From: a virus
Lineage: Duplodnaviria; Caudoviricetes
Length of the DNA stretch: 59,965 nucleotides
Direction: 5' to 3' (one strand)
Virus record (IMG/VR): IMGVR_UViG_3300023174_000184
Span: 1 to 59,965 of that record
The position numbers and the translations under genes were made by a program. Below, one piece after another: positions 56,272-59,965 of the stretch (its first letter is position 1; the number at the start of each line of letters is the position of its first letter). The notes beneath the pieces are model-generated. The model worked only from the letters and a program-made list of their open reading frames with translations. It searched no databases and had not been told where the DNA came from.

Positions 56272-58302
56272 CTAATATAGTTTAATCTCACAAGCATCAG
56301 TTGAACAGTATGCTTCACCTTCTGCTTCAAGATTTTCTACTCCATCATAAATAGCAGACCAATCAATTTTACCAATTGTTCCAACATATGAATTATATTC
56401 TTCTCTTGTTATTTCTGTATATGGTTGCTGTGGATATGTTTTATTTCCCATTGGCAAAAATGAAACAGCCTTTAACTGTCCTTCATACATATTAAGTGCT
56501 GGAGCAATAAATTTTGTTTCTTCTTCTTTATCAAATGAAAGAGTTACAGAAACACCATTATCTGACCAATATTTTTGAGCAGTTGCTGCCAAACCAATCT
56601 TTTCAAATAGGCTTACTTGCTTTTCTGCACGTTTGTGTCCAGATGCTACTGGGAAATATACTACTTGAGTATTTGCTGATACAAGATCTTTTTCAATTTT
56701 ATACCCCGCTGCTTTAAATAAATGAAGCATTGGATCTTGATCTCCAAAACGAATGGCACGAAGATAGAATTCTCCTCCTGGACCCCAGTGAACTCCTGGA
56801 GTTGCTCCTGAAAGCAATGACACTGATCCTGAAGGCTTAACAGTTGTTACACGAACTGATTCACGAACACATAGCCATTCAGAATATTTATGGTCATAAT
56901 GACGAATTTTCTCATAGCCTTGATCCATCCACTCACGTAATGCTGGAAGTCCATTATTATCAGCAAATGATGCAATCCCAGTAAGTGATGTACCAATACG
57001 ACGGTTTCTTTGCATAATGCCGTTTGTTTGTTGCCAATGAGTTGGCATAAGGGTTACAGTCTTACCATAAAGATATGCAAACTTCAATGTCTTGAGGAAG
57101 TCCTCCTTAGATTCATGACGGTTTAAGTGCACTTCTACAAGAGTACAAAGTTCGTATGACTCTAATGGCTGCTCCGCACAAGGATTGAAGCCCATAATGC
57201 GAGTGTCCTTATAATCAGGAGCATCTGCAAGGCGACCATAATTACGAGCAACATCCAGCCAAATAAATCCTGGCTCTCCATTATCTGCAATTAAATCTAC
57301 ATAGTCTTCATACTTTGTTCCAACATTTGCTGATATAGAGTTATTTGACATCCATGCCCAGCCTGGTTTTTCTGGATCATATGAGTTTCTTTCTGGAAAT
57401 ACATCTGGATTCTTAAGATTAATAAACCCATCATCCTCTGGTGTTCCAAGTGCAAGAGTAGCGGAACGACGAACATTTCCTGAAACTACACATGTTCCAA
57501 TAAGATTTACAATATCTACAATTGCACGACTATCAAGAACTTCTCCTGCTCTAGAGCCAATTACATTTCTAATGCGTGTGTGTAGATCAATAAGTGGTGC
57601 TGGACCGCTTGCTACCCCTCCAAAGCCTTTAATAGGTGCTCCTAGTGGACGGATAAGATCATAGTTAAATTCTTGAATAGGTTGATTTTGACGAAGAAAT
57701 GAATTAATCAAAAGACGAACTGATTCTACCCAGCCTTCACGAGTGTCAGGAATCTCATAAATAGAAACTGGTTCTGATGGTGCATAAATAGACATTTGCT
57801 TATCTTGTCCAAGGGTATCAAATCCAACACCAATGCCAAGCATAAGTGCATCCATAACCCAGGCAAAAAGTGCACCTGGATCATTGCGATCAATATCACG
57901 AGTAGAAACCATTGCACAATTTTGAAGGGATGCTGAGTTACGTTTTTCCATTGTCATTGGTGTTCCAAATGCCCAAAGACCACGACCTGGCGGGGTCCAC
58001 TTTAATTCAAACATTCTTTGAAAGGCTTCTTGTGCAGACTTCTGTGCTTTATTATCATTCCATGGTAGACGGTTATCCTTGGCATGGTTCTTTTGAACTG
58101 AATACATACCCTCAATTACACGACGACAAACTTCATGCCAGCGTTCTTTTGTACCGTCTTCTTTGACACGAGAGTATGTACGAATAAATGTAATTTCTCC
58201 TAAAGAGTTGGATCCTGCATCCGTAAAGCCAAATGGTGCTGAAACTCCATTATATTTATTTACAAATTCTTCTGATAAACGAAACGAAAAAACTTCTGAC
58301 AT
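56272..58302 (-). CDS. nrdJ: Class II (adenosylcobalamin-dependent) ribonucleoside-triphosphate reductase
   Basis: TFIRTYSR, PPGRGLW, LQNCA, GNVRRSA, FNPCAEQPLESYELCTL, TTVKPSGSVS, C-terminal CSTDAC. Confidence 0.95.
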   Translation of the reverse strand: MSEVFSFRLSEEFVNKYNGVSAPFGFTDAGSNSLGEITFIRTYSRVKEDGTKERWHEVCRRVIEGMYSVQKNHAKDNRLPWNDNKAQKSAQEAFQRMFELKWTPPGRGLWAFGTPMTMEKRNSASLQNCAMVSTRDIDRNDPGALFAWVMDALMLGIGVGFDTLGQDKQMSIYAPSEPVSIYEIPDTREGWVESVRLLINSFLRQNQPIQEFNYDLIRPLGAPIKGFGGVASGPAPLIDLHTRIRNVIGSRAGEVLDSRAIVDIVNLIGTCVVSGNVRRSATLALGTPEDDGFINLKNPDVFPERNSYDPEKPGWAWMSNNSISANVGTKYEDYVDLIADNGEPGFIWLDVARNYGRLADAPDYKDTRIMGFNPCAEQPLESYELCTLVEVHLNRHESKEDFLKTLKFAYLYGKTVTLMPTHWQQTNGIMQRNRRIGTSLTGIASFADNNGLPALREWMDQGYEKIRHYDHKYSEWLCVRESVRVTTVKPSGSVSLLSGATPGVHWGPGGEFYLRAIRFGDQDPMLHLFKAAGYKIEKDLVSANTQVVYFPVASGHKRAEKQVSLFEKIGLAATAQKYWSDNGVSVTLSFDKEEETKFIAPALNMYEGQLKAVSFLPMGNKTYPQQPYTEITREEYNSYVGTIGKIDWSAIYDGVENLEAEGEAYCSTDACEIKLY

Positions 58303-58379
58303 TTAAAAACCTTTCTAAGATTTAATAGAGTACTTTGAGTTTTCCAAAGTAGTCTTAAGTATATCATAAATTTACAAAG

Positions 58380-58408
58380 AAAAAAACTCCACTTTATGCG
58401 GAGTTTTA
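58380..58408 (-). terminator. Intrinsic terminator after tail fibre gene, followed by nrdJ promoter
   Basis: AAAACTCCGC-ATAAA-GTGGAGTTTTTTT; TGATATACT at about 58358-58366. Confidence 0.75.
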
Positions 58409-58449
58409 ATTCTTTAACTATAAAGTTAAGGTTGAGTGCTTTTAATTAA

Positions 58450-59964
58450 TTAAAGTGCACCCATTAATTGCATTAACTGTAAATCTTGTTCGTATGAATT
58501 TGCATCAAGTGATGTAAATGCTGCAGACCGTAACTTTGTCAAACCAACAACTGTTGTTACTGTAGAACCTGAAGCAATTGATGTTGAACCAAGTGTTGGT
58601 GCTGAGTATCCTGATACTGTACCCCAAGAAAGTGTGCCTGATCCATCAGTTGTAAGATATTTTCCTGAGTTAGATGTTTGTGATGGAAGAAGTGCTGCTG
58701 CAGCAGTTGATGCTGTTGTTGCACCTGTACCACCATTTGCAATTGGTAGAGTTCCAGTTACACCTGTTGTAAGTGGAAGACCTGTTGCATTTGTAAGTGT
58801 ACCGCTTGTAGGTGTACCTAACGCACCATTAAATAATACTGGGGCACCAGCAGAGCCTGTATTAATTGCTAACGCTGTTGCAATACCAGTTCCAAATCCA
58901 GAAATGTCATTTGCGAGACGAACTGTAAGGGTATTGCTTGCACCTGAAATTGTCTTGTTTGTTAAAGTTTCTGTTACATCCTTAAGCAATGTACCATTTG
59001 CATAATAAGATTTTCCTGTGGCAAGGTTTAGATGTTCTGATGAGGTCCATGCGCTTGTAGCATTTACCCAGTTAAATGTCTTATCTGATGTACCCTTGAG
59101 AGTAATACCACCGCCATCAGCAGTTGTATTTGTTGGGGTATCAACTGATCCAATTTCAATATTCTTATCATCTACTGATAATGTTGTTGAATTAATAGTT
59201 GTTGTTGTACCATTAACAGTCAAGTTACCAGATAATGTTAGGTCTGCTGCTGATACTGTACCTGTAAATGTTGGGCTTGCAGAAAGAACTGTACTTCCTG
59301 TACCAGTTGATGTTGTTACACCAGTACCACCATTTGCAATTGGCAGAGTTCCAGTTACACCAGTTGTAAGTGGAAGTCCTGTAGCATTAGTAAGTGTTCC
59401 TGATGTAGGTGTACCAAGTGCTCCACCATTGATAACTGGTGCTCCAGCAGATCCAGCATTAACTGCAAGTGCTGTTGCAATGCCTGTTCCAAGACCAGAA
59501 ATACCAGTTGATACTGGGAGTCCTGTTGCATTTGTAAGTGTTGCAGATGCTGGCGTTCCAAGAGTTGGAGTTACAAGTGTTGGAGAGTTAGCAAATACTA
59601 GTGCTCCAGTACCTGTTTCGTCTGAAATAACTCCTGCCAATTCTGCAGAAGATGTTGCTGCAAGTGCAGATAACTTATCTGTTGTTACAACAAGTGTCTT
59701 ACTTGTAGGAATTGTTGTTGAGTTAATTGTTGTAATACCAGCAATTGCTGTTGCAGATGATCCAAGAGAAATATCAGTTGTACCAACCGTTACCTTTGAA
59801 TTAGACAACTTGGAATTTGCAATAGATCCTGCAAGCATAGTGTTTGTAACTGTGCCTGTATCTGTAGTATAAACACCGTTAGTTACTGTTGCTGCATTTC
59901 CTGTAGTAGAACCAGATGAACCAGTCACATTTCCAGTTACGTTACCTGTAATATTACCTGTAAA
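58450..59964 (-). CDS. Tail fibre-like Gly/Thr/Ser-rich protein, 5'-partial
   Basis: Frame stays open to window edge (FTGNITGNVTGNVTG...); LTLSGNLTVNGTTTTINST..VDDKNIEIG..ADGGGITLKG fibre motif; LPIANGGTG repeats. Confidence 0.8.
   Translation of the reverse strand, partial: FTGNITGNVTGNVTGSSGSTTGNAATVTNGVYTTDTGTVTNTMLAGSIANSKLSNSKVTVGTTDISLGSSATAIAGITTINSTTIPTSKTLVVTTDKLSALAATSSAELAGVISDETGTGALVFANSPTLVTPTLGTPASATLTNATGLPVSTGISGLGTGIATALAVNAGSAGAPVINGGALGTPTSGTLTNATGLPLTTGVTGTLPIANGGTGVTTSTGTGSTVLSASPTFTGTVSAADLTLSGNLTVNGTTTTINSTTLSVDDKNIEIGSVDTPTNTTADGGGITLKGTSDKTFNWVNATSAWTSSEHLNLATGKSYYANGTLLKDVTETLTNKTISGASNTLTVRLANDISGFGTGIATALAINTGSAGAPVLFNGALGTPTSGTLTNATGLPLTTGVTGTLPIANGGTGATTASTAAAALLPSQTSNSGKYLTTDGSGTLSWGTVSGYSAPTLGSTSIASGSTVTTVVGLTKLRSAAFTSLDANSYEQDLQLMQLMGAL
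58725..59565 (-). repeat. Internal duplication in tail fibre
   Basis: GTGIATALA.N.GSAGAPV...GALGTPTSGTLTNATGLPLTTGVTGTLPIANGGTG at about 59322-59495 and 58725-58895, plus a partial third copy at about 59490-59565. Confidence 0.85.
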
Positions 59965-59965
59965 T

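Noticed and set aside
12177-58302. Inteins, introns or homing endonucleases in terL, recA, dnaE, dnaB, nrdJ
   Set aside because: Lengths are ordinary, motifs are contiguous, and no intein splice-junction, LAGLIDADG or HNH insertions were seen.
58303-58449. Cobalamin riboswitch or NrdR box upstream of nrdJ
   Set aside because: Leader between promoter and start is only about 50 nt; no B12-box or clear NrdR palindrome recognised.
58725-59565. Diversity-generating retroelement TR/VR pair
   Set aside because: Both repeats are in frame within one gene, differences are mostly synonymous rather than adenine-specific, and no reverse transcriptase is in the window.
59018-59872. Long plus-strand ORFs (also 58634..59005, 11131..11700, 9217..9642, 49495..49947)
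   Set aside because: Antisense shadows of Thr/Ala/Gly/Pro-rich minus-strand genes; no recognisable motifs, and all real genes are on the minus strand.
1-59965. Stop-codon reassignment or Z-base (purZ) genome
   Set aside because: Code 11 gives full-length genes at high density, TAA, TAG and TGA all appear as stops, and there is no purZ beside the MazG-like gene.

Overview
A 60-kb internal fragment of a large, AT-rich, apparently lytic siphovirus genome. Every credible gene lies on the minus strand. The gene set and order (DnaE, RecA, Cas4-like nuclease, RuvC, MazG, DnaB/DnaG, class II RNR, HK97-fold head, long tape measure) resemble Streptomyces BE/BK-cluster-like phages and uncultured freshwater actinophages. 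The actinobacterial host is an inference. In transcription order (right to left): partial tail fibre, nrdJ, large virion protein, portal, protease/scaffold, major capsid, head-tail and tail genes, 2537-aa tape measure, minor tail proteins, replication/recombination module, terminase, then a ~12-kb accessory region. That region holds secreted Ig-like and PA14 surface proteins, a DUF885 metallopeptidase-like protein, an S8 protease, tRNA-Asn, two SGNH-like paralogues, a carbamoyltransferase, Hsp20, a CHAP endolysin and an APS-kinase-like gene. Highlights: (1) tail chaperones G and GT appear as two separate paralogous genes with their own promoters instead of one frameshifting gene; (2) a free-standing 77-aa copy of the capsid protein N-terminal arm; (3) a possible surface/glycan-remodelling system; (4) a ROSE-type RNA thermometer before hsp20 and a pseudoknot before the endolysin; (5) recurrent TGnTATAAT/TGnTATACT promoters, several giving leaderless mRNAs. 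All calls come from motif recognition by eye; no database searches were run.
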